This document shows positions 1-12,000 of a stretch of 57,774 nt of DNA, piece after piece (the stretch's first letter is position 1; each line of letters begins with the position of its first letter). Position numbers and translations under genes: made by a program. The notes below the pieces were generated by a model. That model was not told where the DNA came from and did not search any database. It saw nothing but the letters and a program-made list of their open reading frames with translations. This DNA is from a virus (Duplodnaviria > Caudoviricetes): positions 1 through 57,774 of the IMG/VR virus record IMGVR_UViG_3300012953_000037; one strand, written 5' to 3'.

Positions 1-2
1 CA

Positions 3-533
3 TCTTATTTCATGAAGATCGATCCAATACGTGGTGCACGGTATGGCCTTACGAATGCTAATATAGTCAAAAGATCAGCAGTATTTTCTAGAACAGCTTA
101 TGGGCAATTCCGAGATGGTTTGGAGCAATCGTTAGACTTTGCAAGAGAACCGGTTGACTCGAAAACAAAGGGAGCTCCTGTAGTATATCGCTCTAAATCG
201 CCGAATGATCCAAACTTAGTCGAAGAACAAGTACAGAATTCTAGAAGAAACAAAGATGAGTATCAAAGGGTCAGGTATCCATTTTTCGACCCTGAAGGAA
301 TGACAAGCGAATCAGATGGTACACCTAATGGGCCATCGTTGATGATACCATTGCCTGATGGTGGAAACCAAAATCCCGAAACTCTCGGAGAGACTGACGA
401 AGATGGAAACACAAGAGAAGTAGGTACACCAAACAGAAACCTCACTGTCAACGTCACAGGTACAATAGCAAGAAGAGCGCAAGTTGTTCCGGGCAACGTA
501 AGAGCGAACATAAGAAGAAGATCAGATGATTAG
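3..533 (+). CDS. C-terminal part of a probable large virion structural protein (5'-truncated by the window)
   Basis: The frame is open from the window edge (tct tat ttc atg...), so the true start is probably upstream. TAG stop at 531-533 overlaps the GGAG RBS of the next gene. Confidence 0.6.
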   Translation, partial: SYFMKIDPIRGARYGLTNANIVKRSAVFSRTAYGQFRDGLEQSLDFAREPVDSKTKGAPVVYRSKSPNDPNLVEEQVQNSRRNKDEYQRVRYPFFDPEGMTSESDGTPNGPSLMIPLPDGGNQNPETLGETDEDGNTREVGTPNRNLTVNVTGTIARRAQVVPGNVRANIRRRSDD

Positions 534-543
534 GAGATTCTAG

Positions 544-3500
544 ATGCCAACATTTGACACTATAGAAGACATGGGAACTGGCTTAGCAGCCCCCGGGAAC
601 GAAATAAGCTCTTGGACAATCGATGATATACGTAAAAGTGACATCTTAGTTTTCAGAGAAAGCCATACCCAGCATGTTGATTCTGTTATCGCACCCAATG
701 GCCTGCAAGTAGGCTTGCTAGATGAAGCATTCTTAACAGATCTATTAGTCACGGGCCATATAACAGGGTCAGGTATTATATATTCAGAATTAGGTTTTTC
801 TGGATCTCTGCAGACTTTGTGCGATGGGGCAAATTACCTCCAAGGCGCAGGCGGAATTGTTATCACCAATAACGATGATGGATCGATTACAATCGATGGA
901 GGATCTGCAGGGGGTGACCAAGGAAGGAATAAGTCGGTTTGGAATTTAGCTGTTTTAGCCTCTAGTCCATACGAAGTACCCGGACTGTATTTTTCGGGTT
1001 ATGGATATAGCCCTCACTCAATTGATGTGTTTCACAATGGGGAATTATTAACGTCAGGTGCGATAGGAAATCAAACAGAAGACTTTTATTTAGGAGAAGA
1101 TACAGAAACAGGTGGTATCATATATTTCAACTTCGATACAACTGCATCTGATGACATCACTGTCATTGTAGGCTCCGGTGGAGGGGCTGGTGGAGGATCT
1201 GGAGCTGTGGCCGGCACGGGATTGACAGCCGATGGTTCACTATTCAATGTAAATACTGACGATAGCACGATTACCGTCGATGGAAACGATGATCTTACAG
1301 TTTTGAAAGTGCCCAACAATATATCACCCGGGCTTGGATTACAGGGCACGTCATTCGATGGTAGTACGAACTCATCGTTCTCTCTAAAAACTGTTGCTGG
1401 ATCTCCAGTTGTAGTATCAGGTGCAGGCGTTGATTTTTCTATGACTTCCGTTGCAGCTGTTTCTTTAGATGTCACAGACGAGGTTTTAGTACAGCAAGGA
1501 AATTCCCTAGGGAAAGTCACTGTATCAGATATAATAACAGCTGCTGGTGGAAATCCGGGTATCCCTGATGCGGCATATTTGGTTGCACAAAATTCGAATG
1601 CATTGACAAATGAGCGTGTCCTACAAGGTGGCGCAGGTATTCAAGTTTCAGACAACGCACAAGCTTCTTCATTTTCTGTATCTGTGTTGCTGGAAAATAA
1701 TGGTGGATTGGAAATTGTTAATGGGTCGATAGCTGTCAAAGTCGGAGACTTTGCTGGCTTTGGCCTGCAAGACATCAATGGCGTATTAAGCGTAAACCCT
1801 GCTGATTTTGCTGGAACAGGATTGACAACAGATGGCAATCAATTAGCTGTTAATTTTGGTTCTGGCCCTAATCAAGTAGTTGCGGGTGATAATACGTTAG
1901 AGATCGTACCGGGCGATGGTTTGAATTTGGGAGGTACAGTTCAGCTTGGAGAAGAAGATTCAGTTATCAACCTTGCTGTACAATCTACAGACATCAAAGG
2001 AAGAGGTTTGTCAGTTTCAAACAACAACTTAGATGTATACCTAGCGGGTGCGAATGGTATCGATATTTTGTCTGGCTCTTCTGGTGAATTAATTATCGAT
2101 GCATCAACCGCTATTAGTGAAGCTAGCCTGAACAACATCATCGGTGGCGCTGGCATTACGAGTACTTTTGACGCACAAAATAATGAGTACACAATTAGCC
2201 TTGATTATTTAGATCAAAATAACGTCTTTGAGAACGCTCCAGACGGAACTTTAGTCACATTAGATGAAGAAAATGATAGAATACTCGTGTATGATTCTGA
2301 CACCCAAGAAGTAGTTCAAATTAAGCCTAGTCAAATAGCAGGTTCCGGTGGTGGTCAGCCAGTTGTTGCAACACAGGGCATTATATCGACAGATACGGGT
2401 TCTCAATTTGATCTCGAGATCGACTATGACGATACAGATAATGTAGTCACATCAGCTCATGACCCAATACAAGATTGGGAAATAGACGAAGAAAACGATA
2501 AGATCTTAGTTTACGACAATGACGAAGAACAAGTAATTAAAATTAGCCCTTCTCAATTCTCAGGAGGAGCAGGCAAAATAGGTGATGCAGAAGACGGCAC
2601 ATACGATGATGGATTATTCACAGATTTTGATGCAGATACTCCGACAGGAACTGCTATTGATCGATTTAATGAGATTCTGAAAGCTTTGGCACCAGCTCCG
2701 GCACCCGATTTATTCGAAATAGACGAGAATGTCCAAAATGGGATAACCGCACTATTGAGTTTTGGATCGTCTAATGCGACAGCATACGAAAATGTAGCAG
2801 CACTTGATGGTACGCCATCTAAAGATGTAAATGATTCATACAACGTGACTACTGATAATTCGAACTTAATCAGAGGAATATATTCAACAGCAGCTGTCAT
2901 CGGCGGCGATTTGAACGAATCAATACCTGAAAACCTCACCCAACCAACTGGTCTTACTAATTATTCTGCCAATGCATTTAGCGGTGGGGATACTGGCACA
3001 CTAGTTTTAGAGATCAATGGGATAGACGTTCATACATTAGATTTAACTGACGTCACGGTGGGTACAGGTGAACCGGGAAATGGATCAGCACAATACCTTA
3101 CAGATGGCTCCGGATTTACAAATGTGTCTGAAGCCGGTTCTGGCCAATTCGACAGTGGTGCTGCTTTTGATACTTTCAAACACAGGACAGGAAAATATCG
3201 GGTTGATCCTTTTCATCAGCAGGATGGATGGAATTACGTGAAAGTGAAACATGTGAAAACACCATCTGATATAAAAGTGACAAATCATGTACAGTGGGTC
3301 GTAGATTCAAATGCAGAAGATGTTGTAGTGAACAATGAAGCTTGCAGTTTTTCTGGAGCCGGCTCATTTTTCCTGTCTGGTGTAGAATACTTCACGGGCG
3401 GTCAAGTAAATTACCAAGCAGAAATTGAAAATTATTACAAATTCGTTTACTCCTTAAATAATATAACGTTCAATACGTCAGGAAATGGCATATTGTCCAA

Positions 3501-6057
3501 TCTTTCTTATGCTCATCCTCTAGAGCCAGTGACTCAAATCAACATTGGAAACGCTGAAACCCACGAGAAGGTGATAGTAATAGACTCAACGGAACCCGTA
3601 TCTGCCAATTACATCCTCGGAGGATCGCTTTCCACGTCAATCAACTTGTCACACCCAACAAAAAACAACTTATCTTCAGACGGTTCAGTCGTAGTTTCTG
3701 AAATTTTGGTATATTCAGAAACACCTAACTCGAGTGAAACATTAGAAAACTTCGTAGATGAAGATTATCGTATGCAAACAAGCGCATACGATGGTCAAGG
3801 GGACATTGTGGGTGGTGCGTGGGATCCTCAAGAACACATGCTTGCAGGATCTTACAATAATAGCCTTCAACTATTTCAAAATAGGCTTCAATCACCCTTG
3901 AATACGTACAACAGCGGGGACTTTAGCAGCCTTCTCAATGGCCCTGTTGGAAACCCCGATTATTCAGCTGTCTCTGGTGAGCTCACATATTATCGAAAAT
4001 TTCAAAACCTCGGTGCACCTGTTTACGATTTCTCTTGGACAGCTTCTGGAAACACCGATCTAGACGACGAAAATGAAACCTTAGATAATGGAACTGCTCA
4101 TATTAGCTTTAAGCTTCCAGATAATGGGACAGATAACTCTGGATGGATGGATGCTGCTAGCCCATTTTTGTATAACTCTACTTCTGACGGTGATGGAGGA
4201 TCCATTGGTGTATACCAGTCATCAACGGGAAATGAAAATCATTTCTCTTTCGGTACAGGATCCATCGGGACAGATGATTATATTATCATGAAGATCACAG
4301 CTGATGAAAGTTGGACAGGCTATATCGATCAGTTCGAACTTGATTTTGGAGCGACTTCTGCAGTTAATCCTTCTGCAGATCTCGAGACTTTGAACATTAA
4401 TGAATCAGCTGATTCGACAGATGCGAAGCTCTCTTTTGGGGATACTTTAGTCTTAAATACGTATTCAACGGTCGAAAATACCGGTGGAAATGCTGCACTT
4501 AACGCGAATGATGAGTGTGTTAATACGTCGAACAGGCTCGGAACGATTGGGCCCGTGTTGTCGTCGATTACCGGTACTTTGAACATAGGGAAAGCTGCAA
4601 ACGGGAATAATTTTCCAAATAACTCGTTTGGAGGCACTAGTGGCAACTTAGGGCTACTTAAGTTGTATGTAAATGACGAAATCACACCTGTTCACTCTGA
4701 AGATCTTTCATCTTTCGGTTCTGGAAATAGCCTTTCAAATGGTTCAGGGTTTAATCTCAGTGATGCGACTGTTGGTCGGGATTCAAACAATCTTCCTAAT
4801 TACAACTTCTTTTGGAGAACAGGTACATATACAATCGCTGAAGGACATCAAAGAAACGGGTGGAACTGGGCTCGAGTAGACCATGAAATTGATGGCGCTA
4901 CGCATGATACGAATTATGTCGAATGGATCAATGATCCAGAGAACCCGACACTAATTCCGTCTAATGAGTCGATCACAGACGTTCAAGACACAGATATATC
5001 TGTGCTATCGGGAGTTCAGTATTTTGAATCTCCTTCTGGTAAATTTAGATTTACGATGGACAACGCATATAAATACGTATACTCTTCTTCCGCAAGTGCT
5101 GTTAGGATAAATACAGCGACGGGAGTCTCGATAACTAGTATTGAAGTTGACAATTCTTTTAATGTAGAAAACGGCATCTCGACATCAAGATTGCCTTCAT
5201 TGGATATAAACACCCCCAATGCATACGATGCATCCATTGATGTAGTTGCTGATTGGAATTATTCTGCAGGAACGTCAATTCCAGGGAATTCGATAACTAC
5301 AATCACCATTGGTGGTTTCGTAGACCACCCTTTAGTGGGTTCACAGAATACAGCATCCATATCAAAAACAAATTGGTTAGTCAAAACGGTGAATGATTCG
5401 TCTACACTCGTTAATGAAAATTTCTCTGGGGAACAGTATAGGTTGATTGATACAGTAATAAATGCACAAGGAGACATAGCTGCGGCATCGTGGGATTCAA
5501 ATATTTCATTGGCAGGTGCAGATGCAGGTCATAATACAGGATTAATCGTGTATAACGATAGGCTGATGTATCCAGCTATTGCTGGGTTGCCTGCTGACCC
5601 GGGAGATTTCAGAGATGCATCTGAGAATGGATCTTTAAGTGCGCCTTTGGGAAATCCAGATTATAGTGCGATAGCTAACGAAAGAATCTATTACAGAAAG
5701 TTTCAAAACAACACGGGATCCTCACACTCTAACATGACCATTAACATACAGGGCAGTGGAACAATAGGCACTGGTAATTCCCCCTCTGGAAATGAAATTA
5801 AAGTTTACGTAAAATTACCGATAACAAATGTAAATTATGAAACCGGTTTTCTAGATATATCAAAAGCTTTTGCAACTAATCAATATAGTGATGGTGACGG
5901 GGCTTTGCTTGGTACTTTAGATGCAACACTTCCCTCAGATGTAAAGACAACTCTTGGAGTCAATTCTGTTCAAGATACTGAATGGATCATAATTAAGATA
6001 GTGGCTGCATCAACGTGGTCAGGTTATGTTTCTAACGTTTCAGTTTCTTGGGGATAA
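544..6057 (+). CDS. Giant (1837 aa) modular virion appendage / fibre-like structural protein
   Basis: AGGAG RBS. D/G/S/T/N-rich. N-terminal half has fibre-shaft-like GxGL repeats (AGTGLT, AGFGLQ, PGDGLN, KGRGLS). C-terminal half has two ~550-aa copies of a domain shared with the next two genes. Confidence 0.7.
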   Translation: MPTFDTIEDMGTGLAAPGNEISSWTIDDIRKSDILVFRESHTQHVDSVIAPNGLQVGLLDEAFLTDLLVTGHITGSGIIYSELGFSGSLQTLCDGANYLQGAGGIVITNNDDGSITIDGGSAGGDQGRNKSVWNLAVLASSPYEVPGLYFSGYGYSPHSIDVFHNGELLTSGAIGNQTEDFYLGEDTETGGIIYFNFDTTASDDITVIVGSGGGAGGGSGAVAGTGLTADGSLFNVNTDDSTITVDGNDDLTVLKVPNNISPGLGLQGTSFDGSTNSSFSLKTVAGSPVVVSGAGVDFSMTSVAAVSLDVTDEVLVQQGNSLGKVTVSDIITAAGGNPGIPDAAYLVAQNSNALTNERVLQGGAGIQVSDNAQASSFSVSVLLENNGGLEIVNGSIAVKVGDFAGFGLQDINGVLSVNPADFAGTGLTTDGNQLAVNFGSGPNQVVAGDNTLEIVPGDGLNLGGTVQLGEEDSVINLAVQSTDIKGRGLSVSNNNLDVYLAGANGIDILSGSSGELIIDASTAISEASLNNIIGGAGITSTFDAQNNEYTISLDYLDQNNVFENAPDGTLVTLDEENDRILVYDSDTQEVVQIKPSQIAGSGGGQPVVATQGIISTDTGSQFDLEIDYDDTDNVVTSAHDPIQDWEIDEENDKILVYDNDEEQVIKISPSQFSGGAGKIGDAEDGTYDDGLFTDFDADTPTGTAIDRFNEILKALAPAPAPDLFEIDENVQNGITALLSFGSSNATAYENVAALDGTPSKDVNDSYNVTTDNSNLIRGIYSTAAVIGGDLNESIPENLTQPTGLTNYSANAFSGGDTGTLVLEINGIDVHTLDLTDVTVGTGEPGNGSAQYLTDGSGFTNVSEAGSGQFDSGAAFDTFKHRTGKYRVDPFHQQDGWNYVKVKHVKTPSDIKVTNHVQWVVDSNAEDVVVNNEACSFSGAGSFFLSGVEYFTGGQVNYQAEIENYYKFVYSLNNITFNTSGNGILSNLSYAHPLEPVTQINIGNAETHEKVIVIDSTEPVSANYILGGSLSTSINLSHPTKNNLSSDGSVVVSEILVYSETPNSSETLENFVDEDYRMQTSAYDGQGDIVGGAWDPQEHMLAGSYNNSLQLFQNRLQSPLNTYNSGDFSSLLNGPVGNPDYSAVSGELTYYRKFQNLGAPVYDFSWTASGNTDLDDENETLDNGTAHISFKLPDNGTDNSGWMDAASPFLYNSTSDGDGGSIGVYQSSTGNENHFSFGTGSIGTDDYIIMKITADESWTGYIDQFELDFGATSAVNPSADLETLNINESADSTDAKLSFGDTLVLNTYSTVENTGGNAALNANDECVNTSNRLGTIGPVLSSITGTLNIGKAANGNNFPNNSFGGTSGNLGLLKLYVNDEITPVHSEDLSSFGSGNSLSNGSGFNLSDATVGRDSNNLPNYNFFWRTGTYTIAEGHQRNGWNWARVDHEIDGATHDTNYVEWINDPENPTLIPSNESITDVQDTDISVLSGVQYFESPSGKFRFTMDNAYKYVYSSSASAVRINTATGVSITSIEVDNSFNVENGISTSRLPSLDINTPNAYDASIDVVADWNYSAGTSIPGNSITTITIGGFVDHPLVGSQNTASISKTNWLVKTVNDSSTLVNENFSGEQYRLIDTVINAQGDIAAASWDSNISLAGADAGHNTGLIVYNDRLMYPAIAGLPADPGDFRDASENGSLSAPLGNPDYSAIANERIYYRKFQNNTGSSHSNMTINIQGSGTIGTGNSPSGNEIKVYVKLPITNVNYETGFLDISKAFATNQYSDGDGALLGTLDATLPSDVKTTLGVNSVQDTEWIIIKIVAASTWSGYVSNVSVSWG
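2200..2565 (+). repeat. Internal tandem duplication (~45 aa x2) in the 1837-aa protein
   Basis: LDYLDQNNV...LDEENDRILVYDSDTQEVVQIKPSQIAG versus IDYDDTDNV...IDEENDKILVYDNDEEQVIKISPSQFSG. Boundaries are approximate. Confidence 0.8.
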
Positions 6058-6060
6058 TGA

Positions 6061-9000
6061 ATGGCAGATACAATCGCTCAATTGAGCTCTGATTCTAAAA
6101 TTGCGATGTCTTTGAAAAAGCTTCAAGGAAAAGCACATACTAAGAATGCAAACGAGCTTTACAATGAAGGATTACCATCGGGTATCACGATGGACTCTAG
6201 TACAGTATTTGGCCAAAGACCTCCCACAAGCCCTAATACGAACCTTAATGACCTAACTGAAACTATCGTAGAAAAAGTGAGGCTGCAATGTACGTTCATT
6301 CCGGGATCAGATTCAACTAGTGGTCGACACGGGTTCAAACTAGCCTTGATGGATGACTATGAGACTGTTTCTTCTAATCCAAGAAAAGGAGTTGCTCCAT
6401 TTACGAACGGTGCTGTGTTAGTCGAATCAAATGCAGAGCTTCAACTAGTGCCACCGCAGTACGATTATAGATACGAAGCAACGCCCTATTTTGGTGACAT
6501 TTCAGATTTATCTACGATCCCTTTAGCAGATCCAAGAGATTGGAACCTAGATTATTTCAATGGAGTATTTTTCCAACAAGATCCTCCCGGGACTGACGAT
6601 GATCCAGCAAATCCAACGTATGTAGATGCTTTTTTGTATATCGGAAACTACTTGCAAGACGTTGTAGATGCTGCTGGACAAACAGGTGGAACTTCCGATG
6701 GAGCTCCCAAGACTGCGACTTTCATAACTCTGTCGTCAGATGGCGATTTAGACAACGAAAGGGTGCTATCTAGTGATCCAGCCATTACTATATCAGACCA
6801 AGGTAGTGGAAATAACGTAGTGCTAGGAATAGATGACTCGATTGTGGCAACTATATCTGGGAGTGAATTTGCAGGAGATATAAGTGCTCCAAATATTACA
6901 GCTCAAACCATGATAACAGCCCCAAGATTCGATGGAAATAACCTGTTTCTCGACGACGGAAACACACCCACATTGATAGGTGGCAACAATATTAATATAA
7001 CCATCGACCAGAATTCAGGGCAACGCACAATTTCAACATTGGGCGGCGATTCACAGTTTACTTTGACCAGCGAAGGGAATATAAACACCACGAATAACGT
7101 AGCTTTTCTCGGTGATCTTCCGAACACAACAGAGACTAGTGACATCGGAACAGACGTATTCTTCTTTGTGTCAGGCAGTACTGATCCTAATGGGGGAAAT
7201 GCTGTCTTCGGGGGTGACCTGATTGTTTCTGGAGGTATATCAACTGACACAGGCATAAACGTCGGCCCTATCGATAATACGAATGGGATCATAGATACTA
7301 TATCTCCATCCACGAAAGTAGGAGATGCACTTTCTCAGATCAACGAAATGTTGAAAAACCTCGCTCCAGCCGCGGCCCCGTCACTAAGCAAGATTTCAGA
7401 GGAAGGCACCGATGGGGTATCAGCTAGGCTTTCCTTCGGAACAGATCTTGCTGCAGCTGATTACGAAAATCATACGAGCGCAGCGGGGTTCACCGGCGTA
7501 CTTTTAGCTAATTCATTATTCGAAAATGACTATGAAGAAAGTGGAAATAAAAGGATAGGAGTATATACGTCTTCTACGTCAATGGTAAGCGGTATCATAG
7601 GCTCGGATATAGCGGAGTTTTCGTACGACAATGGGATAATCAATTATCCTGCTTTCGCATTTGATAAAGGTGATCAAGGGTTCTTAAGAGTCGAACTGAA
7701 TGGAAATAATCTGTTTTCGATAGATCTAACAGATACTGCTATTGGGACGGGCATGCCCGGTTCTGGAACTGGTATCCATACAAATCCGAACGGTTCTGGA
7801 TTTGTTTCAGTCAGCGCTCCCGGATTTGGAAAATTTCAAACTGGCATGTCTTTAGAGCTAAATGTCCATAGAACGGCTATTTGGAGAATTTCCAATTCTG
7901 ATTGGCGTGAGGGCCATAACTACGTTAGAGTCGTACATGAAATAGGTGTTGATTCGTACCAATCAAATTATGTAGAGTGGATTTATGATGCTGAAACATC
8001 TGGTATCATAGTTTCTTCTCAAGTGATCGAATCTCAAACGTTTTCTGACGAAATACAGGTCAGTGGGGTGAAATATTATTCGACTGGTTCGGTCGTTTAT
8101 GCATGCGACATCGATAACATGTACCAGAATACATTCCCTGCAGAATCAAATGCCATTTCTTTTGATGTAAACGAATCTTCAGTGCAATCAATCGAAATCA
8201 ATGGCCAAAGTACCACTGCAGTATCAACGGGTGTACCTTTCATCGATATAGCAAGTGAAACTCAAACTAAGTCTTTGGCAGTAAAAGCAACAGTTTCCCT
8301 AGAGCCTATAGATTGGCTGTTGAATGAATCACAAAGTGTTGCAATAAACGTTTCACACCCAACAAAAGTAGATTTACTCAACACTGCATCAGTATCAACA
8401 AGTGGCATATTAATGTTTCAAGATATATCTGCAGCTACTCCCGTTGTTGAAGACTTTTACGGTGAAGAATTTAGAATATACCCTAACAATTACGACGCTC
8501 AAAGCGACATAGTGGGCGAAGACTGGGATTCAACGATGGATCTATCTGGAGGAAGTCACCTTATAGTACAAGGCGGAAAACTTCTATCTCCTCTAACATC
8601 TGTCAACGGTGGAAATTTCCAAAATCAAGACGATGGAGGGATAATTTTGCATGGACCAGACTCGAATGTAGATTATTCTGCAGTCGCAGGAGAGTTATCT
8701 TATTATAGAAAAATTCAAAACAATACAGGAAGTACAATGTTTAATTTTGAACTGGAAATAGGGGGCTCAGGAGAATTAATTTCAGAAGATAGACCGCTTT
8801 CTGGCGATAGGTTCCGGATGTATATGAAATTGCCGTCTGGAACGACAACAAGCGGAACTACTGGGTGGTGTGACCTTACAAAAGACTTCTTTACGGGACA
8901 ATATGATGATGGGGATGGTCTATTAAAGCTAAAACTTCAACCAATTTTGCCATCAGAAAACAAATATACCTTTGGTGTGAATGGTGTCGGAATTGATGAA

Positions 9001-9099
9001 TTCGTTATAATTAAGATCATTACTGATTCGTCTTGGACGGGTCATATAAGTTTAATTAATGTCAAGTGGAATACGGTGAGATATGTCTTTAACTACTGA
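6061..9099 (+). CDS. Modular virion structural protein (1012 aa), paralog of the flanking genes
   Basis: N-terminal KKLQGKAHT...DPRDWNLDYFNGVFFQQDPP module, an NERVL module, an INEMLKNLAPAAAP linker and one ~550-aa C-terminal domain. Confidence 0.7.
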   Translation: MADTIAQLSSDSKIAMSLKKLQGKAHTKNANELYNEGLPSGITMDSSTVFGQRPPTSPNTNLNDLTETIVEKVRLQCTFIPGSDSTSGRHGFKLALMDDYETVSSNPRKGVAPFTNGAVLVESNAELQLVPPQYDYRYEATPYFGDISDLSTIPLADPRDWNLDYFNGVFFQQDPPGTDDDPANPTYVDAFLYIGNYLQDVVDAAGQTGGTSDGAPKTATFITLSSDGDLDNERVLSSDPAITISDQGSGNNVVLGIDDSIVATISGSEFAGDISAPNITAQTMITAPRFDGNNLFLDDGNTPTLIGGNNINITIDQNSGQRTISTLGGDSQFTLTSEGNINTTNNVAFLGDLPNTTETSDIGTDVFFFVSGSTDPNGGNAVFGGDLIVSGGISTDTGINVGPIDNTNGIIDTISPSTKVGDALSQINEMLKNLAPAAAPSLSKISEEGTDGVSARLSFGTDLAAADYENHTSAAGFTGVLLANSLFENDYEESGNKRIGVYTSSTSMVSGIIGSDIAEFSYDNGIINYPAFAFDKGDQGFLRVELNGNNLFSIDLTDTAIGTGMPGSGTGIHTNPNGSGFVSVSAPGFGKFQTGMSLELNVHRTAIWRISNSDWREGHNYVRVVHEIGVDSYQSNYVEWIYDAETSGIIVSSQVIESQTFSDEIQVSGVKYYSTGSVVYACDIDNMYQNTFPAESNAISFDVNESSVQSIEINGQSTTAVSTGVPFIDIASETQTKSLAVKATVSLEPIDWLLNESQSVAINVSHPTKVDLLNTASVSTSGILMFQDISAATPVVEDFYGEEFRIYPNNYDAQSDIVGEDWDSTMDLSGGSHLIVQGGKLLSPLTSVNGGNFQNQDDGGIILHGPDSNVDYSAVAGELSYYRKIQNNTGSTMFNFELEIGGSGELISEDRPLSGDRFRMYMKLPSGTTTSGTTGWCDLTKDFFTGQYDDGDGLLKLKLQPILPSENKYTFGVNGVGIDEFVIIKIITDSSWTGHISLINVKWNTVRYVFNY

Positions 9100-12000
9100 T
9101 ACGCAGAGAAAACGAGCACTCAAAACAGTATCTGGAAAAACAAATACGCTCAATACGAAATCGATCTTTGAGGAATCTATATCTAGTATCGTTCCTTCGC
9201 ATAGAGACCATGTTTTCTCTGAGACTATCCCTACAGCAGCGACAAATCCTACATTATATCAAGTCAATGGCCCTTGTGAGTACGTAAGATTCGAACTAGA
9301 GTACATCTCGAATAGTGGATCTTCTTCATTTTGGACAGTAGATCCAGAAAGCAAATCTGGAAGCTCACAAGTTGTTCTAAATGAAGATATAAACAACGAT
9401 AATGATACAGGCGTCGAATATGTAGAGCTACCTAGCTCGTATGATGGAAGGCATGCGTACGCAGTAAAATTACCTGCAGACTATCTAGATAATTCTTCAA
9501 ATCCGAAGAAAGACCGTGTCAAGTATCAAAACAGCGCTTTACTTCACGAATCGAATTTCAAGCTACAAATAGTAGGCTTACAGCATGGCCAAGGGTATTT
9601 TCCAAAGCTATTTTCAGGCGTCGGTGTCGGTGCTGTTGAAATCCCTCAAGACGATCGAAGGGATTGGATCTATGATAGTGCTGCAGGTGTAGTTTTTCAA
9701 CAGAATCCCCCAGGGCCCGGTGATTTCCCAACGAATCCAACGTATATAGAAGGCTGGCTTTACATCGGAGATTATTTAGACGAATCAATTAACAGTATAT
9801 CCGGATCGATTGCGGTCGATATAGATACATTGCAAGATGACATAGTCGATTTACAGAATGGTGGCTCTAGTGCGACAACAGCAATTGAAAATGATTTAGT
9901 TGTCAAGAAACTGCTAGGAAAAGGCCACACATCTCCACATAAAAGGCACTATAATGAATCGATAGCATCGTACATATACTCGAATGCTTCACATATTCCT
10001 GCATCTGCACCACCTGTTGTAGGCGCAACTTCTTATCCTTTCTTCCATATCGAATCAGATAAGGTGGAATTTTTAAGACTTAGTGGTTCTTACGTAGATT
10101 CTGGGCAATCAGTCGATGGAAGGCATGGGATAAAATTGCATCTTCCAAATGATTATGTCGCTCAATCATCCAATTCTAAGAAAGGTTCTGGTCATTGGTT
10201 CAATGGTCAAGCTATACATGGAACGTCTGGGTCGATCCAACTAGTTCCACCATTTTTCAACGACAATGATTCAAATTATGAGGCGACTGCATATTATTTT
10301 GATGATACTACAAATGCACTAGCTGTAATTCCTCCAGAAGACGAGAGAAATTGGCACATAGATTATCAAGCTGGTATACTTTTTCAAGACGCTCCTGAAG
10401 ATACTGCTGATCTAGACCCTGTTTACGTAGATGCATGGGTTTGGGTAGGCGGTATGGTATCAGAAGGTGTCGGCTCTGGTGGCGGTGGTGGCGGCCCCGT
10501 GGGTCAACCCGGTGGTGGTGGAAACGGTACAATCGGTGCTGCAGAAGACGGACAATATACAGATGGTTTATTCAGTGATTTCACAGAAACAACTGCAATC
10601 GGAACTGCAGTCGACAGGTTCAATGAAGTCCTCAAAGCGTTAGCACCGAACCCTGCTCCAGCAATGAAAGAAATAAATTATAATGTCGTCGGAGGTACCA
10701 CTTTTTCCGGAAAGCTAGCTTTTGATGGTACTCATCAATCGGCTAATTTTCCTTTTGCTTCTGTAGAGACTTACACACAGCAAGGGTACGCTGGTTTCGG
10801 AGCTCTGACTGTTAATGACGTGTACCAATCTGATGGTAAAATCGAGGCTGACGGGAATATAGACGGTACGGACTTGTATTTTTACAAAGTGGGTGTCATT
10901 TCAGGCAACACCGTTCGTATCGAAGGGATTATCAATTTTTCAGTGCAAGCAAGAGTGACAGCCAATGGGGTTGTACAGCACGAAGCTGACGTCTTTGGTG
11001 ATGCTGATACTGGAAATCTTTATCTAGAATTGAATGGAGAAAACATTCATAACATTAATTTAGCTTCTGTGATTGGAGCTGGTGATCCTCCAAACGGGAC
11101 AGACGATTCATTTGAGCTCAATGGCTCCGGATTTATTGAAATCTCTGAACCAGAACCTGCTGTGACTGAAGGTGGCGTGATTTTTCCGATTTTTAAGTCA
11201 AGAAGTGCATCTTTTGTGATACAAGCAGAAAGCATGAGGTCTGGCCATAATAAGGTCAGAGTCAAGCACAACAAAGGGTCAGTAGAAACCGTCTCTAATT
11301 ACGTAGAGTGGGTTTGGGATGATACAACTGACCAGATTACTTTTGCTAATAGTACAGTATCGGTGATCGATCAACAGGGATCGACTTACATTTCAGGCGT
11401 TAGATACCATAGCGACATAGAGTTAAGATACACCACCGACATTCTGAACGTGTATAAACCTATATATTCTACAAATTCCATCATAACTAATTCTTCTGTT
11501 GGTACTTCAAGTGCGATGCCAATCCCATTGGTCGCAAACGGTGAAGATATGGAGAAGACAATTGCGTTTCAGAATGACATTGAGGTTGAAGGAGCTTCAG
11601 AGCCCTTGATTAATGAAGTAGTAGATATAAGTGCTACTGTGCCACACCCAATACGAGGTGAATCCACAGGCGGGAACATCCAATCACAGCCAATTTTGAT
11701 ATATAATCCAACTTCGACGGCAGCACCGACTTCTGAAGATTTTGTTTTAGAGGATTTCAGACTTCGTAGTGACGTCTTTACGAGTCAACCTGCAGGGCTC
11801 GGTTCTGGATTTTACGATGGCAGCGTTCTTTGGGATTCAGAATTGCACATGTCAGGTTCAAACACAGACCATTCTGACGGTCTACAAGTATGGAATGGAA
11901 AACTAGTGTCTCCCATAAATTCTATCGACACAACGAGAGTAGGAGATTTTAGAAATATAAGTGATGGCGGAGTGCTTGTCACCTACGATGATAACCCAGA